This document shows positions 6,262 to 14,520 of a DNA stretch of 21,735 nucleotides, one piece after another. Position 1 is the stretch's first letter, and every line of letters starts with the position of its first letter. Origin of the DNA: a candidate division WOR-3 bacterium (GTDB lineage: Bacteria > Hydrothermota > Tepidihabitantia > Tepidihabitantales > JAOUPE01). Location of the stretch: NCBI GenBank assembly GCA_039801565.1, contig JBDRUX010000034.1, positions 1 through 21,735 on the forward strand. Direction: 5' to 3'. Under the pieces are notes generated by a model. It made no database searches. It saw nothing but the letters and a program-made list of their open reading frames with translations, and was not told the DNA's origin. Made by a program: the position numbers and the translations under genes.

Positions 6262-6897
6262 ATGCCGAAGAAAAGGATTGGCGTTTTGGTATCAGGACGG
6301 GGCACGAACCTGCAAGCGATAATTGACTCCATCGAAAGAAAAGAACTCGATGCCGAAATTGCGGTAGTCATTAGTAATGTTAAAGATGCCTACGCCTTAG
6401 AACGAGCCAAAAACCATAATATCCCAGCCGTTGTTATCAACCATAAAGATTTTCCTAACCGTGAGGCATTTGAAAAAGCCTTAATTGAAGAGTTAGATAA
6501 AAGAAAAGTTGATTTAGTCTGTTTGGCTGGATTTATGCGGGTCTTGACTCCATTTTTTGTTAACCACTATAAGAATCGAATTATGAATATCCACCCAGCA
6601 CTTTTACCAGCTTTCAAAGGATTATACGGGCATAATGTCCACGAAGCGGTTTTGAAATCGGGTGCAAAGTTTTCTGGTTGTTCGGTTCATTTTGTTACCG
6701 AAGATGTTGATGGCGGTCCGATTATCGTCCAAAAAGTAGTTCCAGTTAAAGATGATGATACACCAGACACCTTAGCCGAACGAGTCTTGGTTGAAGAGCA
6801 TAAGGCATATTCGGAGGCAATTAAATTATTTATCGAAAACCGTTTGAAAATCGAAGGCAATCGAGTGAAAATTATGGATACAAAAAATAATATTTAA
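6262..6897 (+). CDS. purN: Phosphoribosylglycinamide formyltransferase
   Basis: VLVSGRGTNLQAI, LAGFMRVL, NIHPALLPAF.G, GCSVHFV...VDGGPII, EH..Y. Confidence 0.98.
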   Translation: MPKKRIGVLVSGRGTNLQAIIDSIERKELDAEIAVVISNVKDAYALERAKNHNIPAVVINHKDFPNREAFEKALIEELDKRKVDLVCLAGFMRVLTPFFVNHYKNRIMNIHPALLPAFKGLYGHNVHEAVLKSGAKFSGCSVHFVTEDVDGGPIIVQKVVPVKDDDTPDTLAERVLVEEHKAYSEAIKLFIENRLKIEGNRVKIMDTKNNI

Positions 6898-6926
6898 CCA
6901 CCGATGAACACAAATAACCAAATCTT

Positions 6927-7937
6927 ATGAGTAAAAAGTTGCGAGTCGGGATAATTGGCTGTGGCGCCCAAGCCCAACTTGCCTATCTTCCAGCCCTGAA
7001 GAGAAACCATTCCTGTGAGGTCGTTGCTTTGTGCGATACCGATGTGCGAAAACTTAATCTACTCGGTTCCCGCTATGATATAAAGAAACGCTACGATGAT
7101 TTTGACGATTTACGTAATGACCCGGATATTGATGCGGTAATCATTGCTACCCCAAATTATCTCCACGCCCCGATGGCGATTGGAGCAATGGAATATGGCA
7201 AAGATGTTCTCTGCGAAATGCCGATGGCGGTTAATAGCGAAGAAGCGGCTGAGATGTGCCAGACTGCGCAAAGAGAGAAAAGGAAATTGATTCCTTGTCT
7301 TAATGACCGTTTAAGACCAGATGTGATTACAATCAAGAAATTTATTGATGGGGGCGAACTCGGTTCAATCTATTATACCAAAGCCGGTTGGTTAAGAGGC
7401 AAAACCGAATGGTCTTTAGCCAGTTGGTGGGGTGAAAGGCTAAGAGCTGGTGGTGGTGCGTTTTTATCATTGGGTTCGCAAATCCTTGACTTCGCCCTTT
7501 CCCTTTTAGAACCAGCAAAACCAGTTTCGGTCGTTGGCACAATCTACAAACGCGAAGCAACCGCGGAAGTTGAAGATACCGCCTTTGCGATGCTCCGATT
7601 TCCGAAAGACTTAGTCTTGACGATTGAAGTCGGCTGGAGTCTGCTCTTAGAAAAAGATTTCACTTATTTCAATATCTTTGGCAATAAAGGTGCTGCCCTA
7701 TTAAATCCAATTCAGATTCATCGGGAGATGCACGGTCATTTAGTCAATGTTACGCCATCCCTGCCAGAAAAGGATTTCCAACGGGCATCTTATCAACTTC
7801 TAGTTGACTTATTTGTTGATGCAGTCTTAAAAGATATCGAATGTCCGATAAAAAGTGAAGATGGTTTATTAATCAATCAAATCATTGACGCCTTTTACCA
7901 ATCAGCAAATACTAAAAAAGAGGTTTTGATTCATTAA
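6927..7937 (+). CDS. Gfo/Idh/MocA family oxidoreductase
   Basis: RVGIIGCG, DAVIIATPN.LH, GKDVLCE.P, GGGA; note CEMP instead of the usual CEKP, and SLGSQ instead of DxGxH. Confidence 0.92.
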   Translation: MSKKLRVGIIGCGAQAQLAYLPALKRNHSCEVVALCDTDVRKLNLLGSRYDIKKRYDDFDDLRNDPDIDAVIIATPNYLHAPMAIGAMEYGKDVLCEMPMAVNSEEAAEMCQTAQREKRKLIPCLNDRLRPDVITIKKFIDGGELGSIYYTKAGWLRGKTEWSLASWWGERLRAGGGAFLSLGSQILDFALSLLEPAKPVSVVGTIYKREATAEVEDTAFAMLRFPKDLVLTIEVGWSLLLEKDFTYFNIFGNKGAALLNPIQIHREMHGHLVNVTPSLPEKDFQRASYQLLVDLFVDAVLKDIECPIKSEDGLLINQIIDAFYQSANTKKEVLIH

Positions 7938-9453
7938 ATCCGAAGTTAAACCATTCACCATCTTTTTAGTTCTACTAATTTCCGCTTTTGCCCTTTCGTT
8001 TGCCTTTTCGCCTTTTCCCTTAAGATTTCTTGCCTATTTTGCTATAATTGGTCTTTTCTGGGTAATTGAGAATTGTAATTATAAAAAGACCTTTTGGTTG
8101 GCTTGGCTTTTTGGTGGTCTTTTCGCTTTTTTTCATCTCTGGTGGTTATATTTTTTAGTCGTGCCGGTTGTGCCAATGACCAAATTTTTACTTATTTTGG
8201 GTGTTACGGTGCTTTTTGCCTATTTAGGTCTTTATACTGCGGTCTTTGCTATACTCACAAAATATTGCGGTATAATCTTTGCTCCATTTATTTGGGCAGG
8301 TTTAGAGTTTATCCGGACCAAATCCGAAATCGGTTTTCCTTGGGGACTTTTGGGTTATACCCAAACCCCTTATCTGCCTTTAATTCAAATGGCATCAATC
8401 TTTGGGGTCTATGGTATCTCGGCTTATGTAGTCGAGATAAATTTACTTATTTATTTGATAAGAAAGGAATTGTCTTTGCGCACGAACAATGATTTCCAAC
8501 CGAAAATATTTGGATTAGTGGTATTATTAATTTTATCGGTGCTATTGCCTTTTAGTTACGGATTGTTTCGACTAAAACCCAATCAAAATTGGTTTAAAGT
8601 GGCAATTATTCAGCCCAATGTCAGTCCGAATGAGAAGGGTGATAGGGATTCTCTTAAGAAGAATCAGAACGATTTAATTGTCTTAACCGAAAAGGCACTA
8701 CCAGCACAACCAAATCTCTTAATCTATCCTGAGACCGCTACCCTTACGGATATTACGCAAGATAAAGCATTTCAAGCGGTGCTCAAGAATTTGGTTGATA
8801 GCAGTAAAGTTTATCTTTTAACCGGAACACCAGTTTATGACCGAGAGGTTGGCGGACGATATTATAACGGTGCTGTCCTTTTTGAGCCAGGAAAAGAACT
8901 TTGGCAGGGCTATAAAAAAATCCATCCGGTTCCTTTTTCCGAAAAAATTCCCTATGCTGACAAAGTACCCTTATTCAAAAAATTAGAGACTGCTGATATG
9001 GGTGATATGACACCAGGTAAAGTCTTTCGGGTGTTTAATTTTCCTTATGGAAGATTCTCAGTACTAATCTGTTTTGAATCAATCTTTCCGGATTTAACCC
9101 AAGAATTTACCAAGCGGGGTGCTGATTTTTTGATTAATATCACCAATGACGGTTGGTTTGGTCGAACACCAGGACCTCATCAACATAGTGAACTTTCAAT
9201 TCTCCGAACGGTTGAAAATGGTGTGCCTTTGGTTCGTTGTGCTAATAACGGCATATCTTTTATTGTTGACCCTTATGGTCGAGTCCTAAATAAGACCAGT
9301 TTATTTACTCAAACTGTCTTAATTGACAATCTACCCAAGCCAATTAAACCAACTTTTTATCGGCGGTTTGGTGATATCTTTGCGATAGTATCGCTGGGGC
9401 TAGTTGGCTTAGGGCTTGTTTTACGACTTGTCAGCCAGATTTTCAATTTCTAA
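7933..9453 (+). CDS. lnt: Apolipoprotein N-acyltransferase
   Basis: GFPWGLLGYTQ, IIQPN, YPE (Glu), K.H.VPFSE (Lys), ICFES.F (Cys), NITNDGWFG, R.VENG..LVRCANNG.S. The frame is open from 7930 and encodes the typical N-terminal TM segments (LSFAFSPFPL.FLA). Start ATT 7933 is inferred; the first canonical start is TTG 8098. Confidence 0.93.
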   Translation: MKSEVKPFTIFLVLLISAFALSFAFSPFPLRFLAYFAIIGLFWVIENCNYKKTFWLAWLFGGLFAFFHLWWLYFLVVPVVPMTKFLLILGVTVLFAYLGLYTAVFAILTKYCGIIFAPFIWAGLEFIRTKSEIGFPWGLLGYTQTPYLPLIQMASIFGVYGISAYVVEINLLIYLIRKELSLRTNNDFQPKIFGLVVLLILSVLLPFSYGLFRLKPNQNWFKVAIIQPNVSPNEKGDRDSLKKNQNDLIVLTEKALPAQPNLLIYPETATLTDITQDKAFQAVLKNLVDSSKVYLLTGTPVYDREVGGRYYNGAVLFEPGKELWQGYKKIHPVPFSEKIPYADKVPLFKKLETADMGDMTPGKVFRVFNFPYGRFSVLICFESIFPDLTQEFTKRGADFLINITNDGWFGRTPGPHQHSELSILRTVENGVPLVRCANNGISFIVDPYGRVLNKTSLFTQTVLIDNLPKPIKPTFYRRFGDIFAIVSLGLVGLGLVLRLVSQIFNF

Positions 9454-9476
9454 TATTAGTTTCTTTAATAAAAGTT

Positions 9477-10799
9477 TTATCTGACAAATTTTTCTAAGTA
9501 TTTATAATCCGGAGTCAATTCGCCGTGGTAAGTTATCACTGCCCTTTTAATCTCAGAAGGTAGTCGCAATTTATCAAACGGCACCGAAAAGTCGGCTTGC
9601 ACAATTTTGGGAACAAACGACTTCAGCACACCACTAAAATAGATTGAAGATTCTTGAGCAATCTCGCAAGGTAAATTGTCAATCGCCATAATAACTGGTC
9701 CGCGTCCAATAACACCATCCAATGGCCGATTTGTATACGGGTCATAGACATAAACCGGATTGTCCGGATTGGTCGTCTTCACCGTTGCCTCGATTGAACC
9801 TTCGATATCACAACTGATATCTCCAATTACCCTTAACCGGGGTTCACCTTTATAAAGCAACTTTAAAAAGTTTTTGGTAACCAACCGCGGATACCGATTA
9901 TCCCAATAGATGCAATTCACTATCACGGTGAGATAAGGAACATAACTTTCAAAAACTGACTTATACTTTTCCGGATGGGTATAATAATCTTGTAAATCAA
10001 AATGCTCTGTGTTAGGTATTTTTTCATTTTTTAACCTGAACATATCCGCCTCATAAAAAACGGTCTTGTAGACTTTGTGCTTCGAGAAATTTTTCCGAGC
10101 AAAGAATTCACCCAATTTTTTGGGTTCCACAGTCTCGTGAGGCAGTAAATCGAAAATTTCTTGGGCACCTTTTGACACATTACCATAGCCCGTGATACCG
10201 AAAACTAAAGGCACCAATGAAGGGTGGAGACCATCTTCGGCAATCCTTTCCCCAATTTTCCTTATTGCTTGTTGGGCCTGAATTAAATTGGTATAACGAA
10301 TCATCGGCTGGATATCACTGAATGGGTTAAGGATTCCTTCATTTTCTAAGCGTTGACCCAATGCCCAAAGGGTATCAACCATTCCGGCTAAACCAGCATA
10401 GCGACCAAAGAAGATTAATCGTTTTCCGTAGGTATCGGTAATCTTTTCGTAATCAATCAAATTACAACCAAGTTCCAGGAGTTTTTTAAGCATTGGCATA
10501 TTATGGGCTTGGCCCTTAATCACATGGGCAAAGAAGATGTAAGTCTTTTGGGGCTGAAAGAAATCAATTGGCATTTCTTTAATACCAAATATCCAATTGC
10601 AATCTTGGAGGTCCTCGGCAAGTTGAGCACCGACCGCAACGTATTCAGCATCGGAAAAAATCCGAATCTGGGAAGGTTGGATTAGAAAATTAAGTTTTGC
10701 CTTTTGTCTCAGTTCTTTAATGTGCTCGGGAATTAATGGGGTTCGCCGTTCCCAACGATTTTTGTCTTCTCTTCGGATACCAACAAATTTTTTACGCAT
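9477..10799 (-). CDS. Lysine-ketoglutarate reductase / saccharopine dehydrogenase-like protein (AlaDH/PNT fold)
   Basis: GIRREDKNRWERRTPL.P, GIKE.P, FFAHVIKGQ..NM, LIDYE.I, FG.YAG.AG, TG.GNVSKGA, NCIYW....PRL, DISCD..GSIE, IDNLPCE. Confidence 0.88.
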   Translation of the reverse strand: MRKKFVGIRREDKNRWERRTPLIPEHIKELRQKAKLNFLIQPSQIRIFSDAEYVAVGAQLAEDLQDCNWIFGIKEMPIDFFQPQKTYIFFAHVIKGQAHNMPMLKKLLELGCNLIDYEKITDTYGKRLIFFGRYAGLAGMVDTLWALGQRLENEGILNPFSDIQPMIRYTNLIQAQQAIRKIGERIAEDGLHPSLVPLVFGITGYGNVSKGAQEIFDLLPHETVEPKKLGEFFARKNFSKHKVYKTVFYEADMFRLKNEKIPNTEHFDLQDYYTHPEKYKSVFESYVPYLTVIVNCIYWDNRYPRLVTKNFLKLLYKGEPRLRVIGDISCDIEGSIEATVKTTNPDNPVYVYDPYTNRPLDGVIGRGPVIMAIDNLPCEIAQESSIYFSGVLKSFVPKIVQADFSVPFDKLRLPSEIKRAVITYHGELTPDYKYLEKFVR

Positions 10800-10801
10800 C
10801 T

Positions 10802-11038
10802 TTATTTTTTTACCTCCTTCTGGGTCAATTTAGCAATTTCATCGAAAAGTTTTAGGGTTTGCCGTGCTTCGTCTTGGTCGAGGATTTGAATAGCAAAACC
10901 GGCATGCAAGATTACATAATCACCAACTTTAGCCTGCGGTGTCAACATCAAAGAAGCTTCGTAAGTAACTCCGGAAATTTCTACTGTTGCCATATCACCA
11001 TCAATTGATTTTATCTTAGCCGGAACCGCCAAACACAT
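10802..11038 (-). CDS. hypC: HypC/HybG/HupF hydrogenase maturation chaperone
   Basis: MCLAVPAKI...GDYVILHAGFAI; start moved to ATG 11038 so that Cys2 becomes N-terminal. Confidence 0.95.
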   Translation of the reverse strand: MCLAVPAKIKSIDGDMATVEISGVTYEASLMLTPQAKVGDYVILHAGFAIQILDQDEARQTLKLFDEIAKLTQKEVKK

Positions 11039-11039
11039 C

Positions 11040-11909
11040 TTAAATCTCTTCTTCGGCTGGTGAGTAGTAAAAAACTGTATCGCCAACCTTTATCTTTTTG
11101 CCGGTAAGCTCAGTCAGTTTATTAGCAACAACTGGGCATTTCGCAACTAACATAAAAAAGGCATCGCGTGGTCCTTGGACCAATGATTCGAAATTGGCAT
11201 GACCTTTGGCTAACACAATGTCGGCTTGGGTGTAGGCCTCTTGAAATTCTTCAGAACATTCAGCAAAATTAATTCCCAAAAAGCGCGAGCCGGTTTTAAC
11301 AATTTTGGTCAACCGGTCCAATTCGGCTTCGGTTATTTCGCTAATGGTAACATCGTTCAAAATCGGTCCTGATTTTACGGCTAAAATAATCTCCCAGGCC
11401 AAAAGTTTCTCAACCAGCAGTTTGTCAAAATAGATTTCACCAGCATTGTCAAGGATGTAAAGAATAGTTGTCGCCGAGCCTAATTTTTCTTTGAAAAGTT
11501 TGTAATCATCGTGGTTAAAATTGGTACGGTTCAGAACTTCTTGCAAGTCGAAATTTTCCTGCGGTCCAGAATCAATTACATTGCCGAGTGTCGCATAAAA
11601 GATGGCGCTATGTAACGGATCAGCGGATTTATCAATTTTGGATCTTAGTTTTTCCGCTACCTTCTTACCTAACTGGGTTTGTTGTCTTTTCACGACGGCA
11701 AAAGGGTCTTTGACACCTAATGTCTCATAGGCTGACAAAAGCACCCGCGAGGTAAAAAGGCTCGGCGGTTCGGTTAACGATAGGTTTGGAATCCGGGTCA
11801 AAGCGTTTTTGGTCACCTTGATTAATAACTCAGCATCGTTACTTACCATCGCGGCGACGCGTTGACATTGTCTAATAACGCAGGGAATGCAGAGCGCTTC
11901 GGATTTCAT
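11040..11909 (-). CDS. DUF89 / ARMT1-like damage-control metal-dependent phosphatase
   Basis: N-terminal CIPC, DPF...K, GNVID, DNAGE..FD, PILND, AKG.ANFESL, KC.VVA; start taken as ATG 11909 (MKSEALCIPC). Confidence 0.9.
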   Translation of the reverse strand: MKSEALCIPCVIRQCQRVAAMVSNDAELLIKVTKNALTRIPNLSLTEPPSLFTSRVLLSAYETLGVKDPFAVVKRQQTQLGKKVAEKLRSKIDKSADPLHSAIFYATLGNVIDSGPQENFDLQEVLNRTNFNHDDYKLFKEKLGSATTILYILDNAGEIYFDKLLVEKLLAWEIILAVKSGPILNDVTISEITEAELDRLTKIVKTGSRFLGINFAECSEEFQEAYTQADIVLAKGHANFESLVQGPRDAFFMLVAKCPVVANKLTELTGKKIKVGDTVFYYSPAEEEI

Positions 11910-11962
11910 ACCAAATTCTTCTGGTGCGCGAATGCTAATGGTTTGGTTCAAATCGCTAAAAC

Positions 11963-13357
11963 TTAGGTCTTGAGTGGTTTTTTCTCAGCGGCTGGAAATA
12001 AGACATTGTTAAGGATTAATCGGTAACCAGGAGAATTACGATGGAGCTCGAGATTGGTCGGCGGGTCACCAATCCGATGGGTAAAGTCCTCGGGGTCGTG
12101 ACCACCCAGAAAAGTAAAAGTGCCTCGACCATAATTACCGTGAATATACTTCACTTCTTCGCTGTTTACCACTTCGCCTAAGATTAGAACATTTTTCTTA
12201 ACTTTATCACGACGAAACCCACAATTTTGCCCCAAAAATTCTTTGACCAAGCCGGTATGGTTTTGCACTAACATACAAGGCACTGGGTCATATTTGGCCG
12301 AGAAATCAAAAAGTGAGAAATAAGTATCAGGACCACGAGCAGACGATTCTAAATATGTGTCAATGTCAGAATGTTCATAAATGAGAGGGTCGGTGACCGG
12401 ATGAAAGTTCTCAAATGCCAAACAATTTTCATAATTGAGTTTCGATTGATAATTTGGGTCAATGCCATCGCCATCAAAGACTTCAGGTACAATGTCAGTG
12501 GCATCAGCGGCTAATGCGATATCCGGCGTATCGGTAGCCGAGCACATCGCAAAAACCATTCCGCCTTCATAAATGTAGCGTTTAATCTCTTTAATTACCG
12601 CCAATTTTAATTTTGAGACCTTTTTAAACCCCAACTCTTTGGCGGTCTTTTCATTCAAAGCCACTTCCTCCCGATACCAATCAGTATTATGATAGCCAGA
12701 ATAGAATTTACCATATTGACCAGTGAAATCCTCATGATGAAGATGGAGCCAGTCGTATTCAAATAATTTACCTGCCAGGACTTCTTTATCCCAGAGCCTA
12801 TCATACGGAATCTTGGCATATTCTAAGGCTAATCGAACTGCGTCGTCCCAAGGTTCGTGGGTAGGTGGGACATAGACTGCAACTTTAGGCGCCTTTTCTA
12901 AGAGGATTGATTCCATATTATTTTCTTCAATTGTCTTTCGAATTTCGACAATTTGGGCTGGGCTAACCGGTTCATAATAGACACCAGCCAATTTACACTC
13001 ATTTTCAATTGGTGTTGTTGCATCCAGTAAAAATGAACCAGCCCGATAGTTCAAAAGCCATTCGACCCGAATCCCTTTTTCTAACGCGTGATAGGCAATA
13101 CCATAAGCCTTCAGGTGGTCGGTCTGAACCAAGTCCATCGGAATTAAGATTTGGCGGGAGAAGGCAGGAATTATGGGGGGTAAAATGAGGAGGTTAAGGA
13201 AAATAAAGGAGGGGATTAATCCTTGCCTTCTCCCATTAAATGACAGTTTAATAAAAATCCTATATTTTGCAAACAAGAATTTACGAATCGCTAAAGACCT
13301 TACAAATTTTTTGATTCCGATTCTAATATCGTTTGACATCTCTTCCAAGTCTTCCAT
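11963..13357 (-). CDS. Uncharacterised exported protein (family often labelled 'asparagine synthetase B'; function unverified)
   Basis: LIPMD..Q.DHLKAYG, WLLNYR.GSF, PWDDAV.LAL.YA.IPY, DWLHLHHEDFTGQYGKF, FAMCSATD, GHDPED, SPGYRLILNNVLFPAA. Start ATG 13357 has SD AAGGA. No AsnB Ntn/synthetase motifs seen. Confidence 0.75.
   Translation of the reverse strand: MEDLEEMSNDIRIGIKKFVRSLAIRKFLFAKYRIFIKLSFNGRRQGLIPSFIFLNLLILPPIIPAFSRQILIPMDLVQTDHLKAYGIAYHALEKGIRVEWLLNYRAGSFLLDATTPIENECKLAGVYYEPVSPAQIVEIRKTIEENNMESILLEKAPKVAVYVPPTHEPWDDAVRLALEYAKIPYDRLWDKEVLAGKLFEYDWLHLHHEDFTGQYGKFYSGYHNTDWYREEVALNEKTAKELGFKKVSKLKLAVIKEIKRYIYEGGMVFAMCSATDTPDIALAADATDIVPEVFDGDGIDPNYQSKLNYENCLAFENFHPVTDPLIYEHSDIDTYLESSARGPDTYFSLFDFSAKYDPVPCMLVQNHTGLVKEFLGQNCGFRRDKVKKNVLILGEVVNSEEVKYIHGNYGRGTFTFLGGHDPEDFTHRIGDPPTNLELHRNSPGYRLILNNVLFPAAEKKPLKT
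13156..13234. repeat. 79-bp element bounded by 18-bp inverted repeats within a coding region
   Basis: GGGAGAAGGCAGGAATTA (13156-13173) vs reverse complement of 13217-13234, GGGAGAAGGCAAGGATTA; 16/18 match. Confidence 0.7.
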
Positions 13358-13367
13358 TTGATTTTCC

Positions 13368-14318
13368 TTACCGCACAATTCTTGTTCCCGACTCTCCTTT
13401 TAATGCTGAAGCAATCTTTGTCGGACTGGTAATTATAACTAACTTACCACCTTTGTCAAGAAATCTTATTGCGGCTTCGATTTTTGGTCCCATACTGCCA
13501 GCCGGGAATTGTCCACTAGCAAGTAAAGCTTTGGCTTCGGCTAAATTCATTTCCGAAATGGGCGTGGCGTCTGGCCGATTGTAATTACGATAGACATTTG
13601 GGACCGATGTTGAAATTAAAAACAATTCAGCATTGAGGGTTGTAGCCAAAAGACTGGAAGCTAAATCCTTGTCAATAACCGCAGGAACACCAGACAACTG
13701 TCCGTTAGTCTGAATTACTGGAATGCCACCACCACCAGCTGCAATCACAATTGCACCTGAGTGAACTAAATTACAAATCGCTTCGGCTTCGACAATTGCT
13801 TTTGGTTCGGGTGAGGCGACACAGCGCCGAAAACCACGCCCGGCATCCTCTTTACACACCCAACCCAATTCCTTTTCCAGTATCGCAGCTTCCCTTTTTG
13901 TATAAAAAGGTCCGATTGGTTTTGTAGGGTTCTGAAAACTTGGGTCGTTCTTATCTACTACTACCTGGGTGACAACAGTTACAACTTGACGATTGATATT
14001 AAGTTGGGCGAGTTCATTTTTTATCGCCAGTTGAATCATAAAGCCAATTTCGGCTTGGGTTTGTGCATTAGCACAATCAAGCGGAATTTCTGGCAAGCGG
14101 TTGCGTGCCAGATGGGAACGCAATAAAATAAACCCAACCTGTGGCCCATTGCCATGCGTAATCACTAAACGGTAATCCGATTTAATCAGCTCCGCAAGAT
14201 TACGAATTGTCGCCCTTACCGTTGCCAATTGGTCGGCAAACGAAATTTTAGATGAGTCAGCAATTAACGAATTGCCACCCAAGGCAACTAATGCGATTTT
14301 GGAATTATTTTTGTTCAA
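13368..14318 (-). CDS. arcC: Carbamate kinase
   Basis: VALGGNSL, ITHGNGPQVG, F.NPTKPIGPFY, EDAGRGFRR.V.SP.P, GGGGIPV, AVIDKD, GSMGPKIEAA; TTG start with GAGGT SD. Confidence 0.96.
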   Translation of the reverse strand: MNKNNSKIALVALGGNSLIADSSKISFADQLATVRATIRNLAELIKSDYRLVITHGNGPQVGFILLRSHLARNRLPEIPLDCANAQTQAEIGFMIQLAIKNELAQLNINRQVVTVVTQVVVDKNDPSFQNPTKPIGPFYTKREAAILEKELGWVCKEDAGRGFRRCVASPEPKAIVEAEAICNLVHSGAIVIAAGGGGIPVIQTNGQLSGVPAVIDKDLASSLLATTLNAELFLISTSVPNVYRNYNRPDATPISEMNLAEAKALLASGQFPAGSMGPKIEAAIRFLDKGGKLVIITSPTKIASALKGESGTRIVR

Positions 14319-14442
14319 GCGTTACCTCGCCATTTTGATAAGAACACCTGCTTAATTGCTACTTCGTTTACGATTCACCAATTATTACCAATTCTTAAAC
14401 AGTAGCAAACTATAAACGAAATGAACTGATTATCTATCTTCA

Positions 14443-14470
14443 ATGATATAACAATTTTTCCGACTGTCAA
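14443..14470 (-). promoter_or_regulatory. Putative sigma70 promoter of the arcC operon
   Basis: TTGACA(14470-14465)-N16-TATCAT(14448-14443). Confidence 0.55.
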
Positions 14471-14520
14471 CATTCCAGAGTTAATATGTCACTGCAAAGC
14501 GAAAATGTCCCCCGTCTCCT

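Noticed and set aside
11039..11086. N-terminal extension of HypC
   Set aside because: HypC needs Cys2 at the N-terminus, and the extension overlaps the DUF89 gene.
11963..13357. Assigning gene symbol asnB
   Set aside because: Lacks the Ntn glutaminase and SGGLDS synthetase motifs; the MCG at the track's start 13378 overlaps arcC and looks coincidental.
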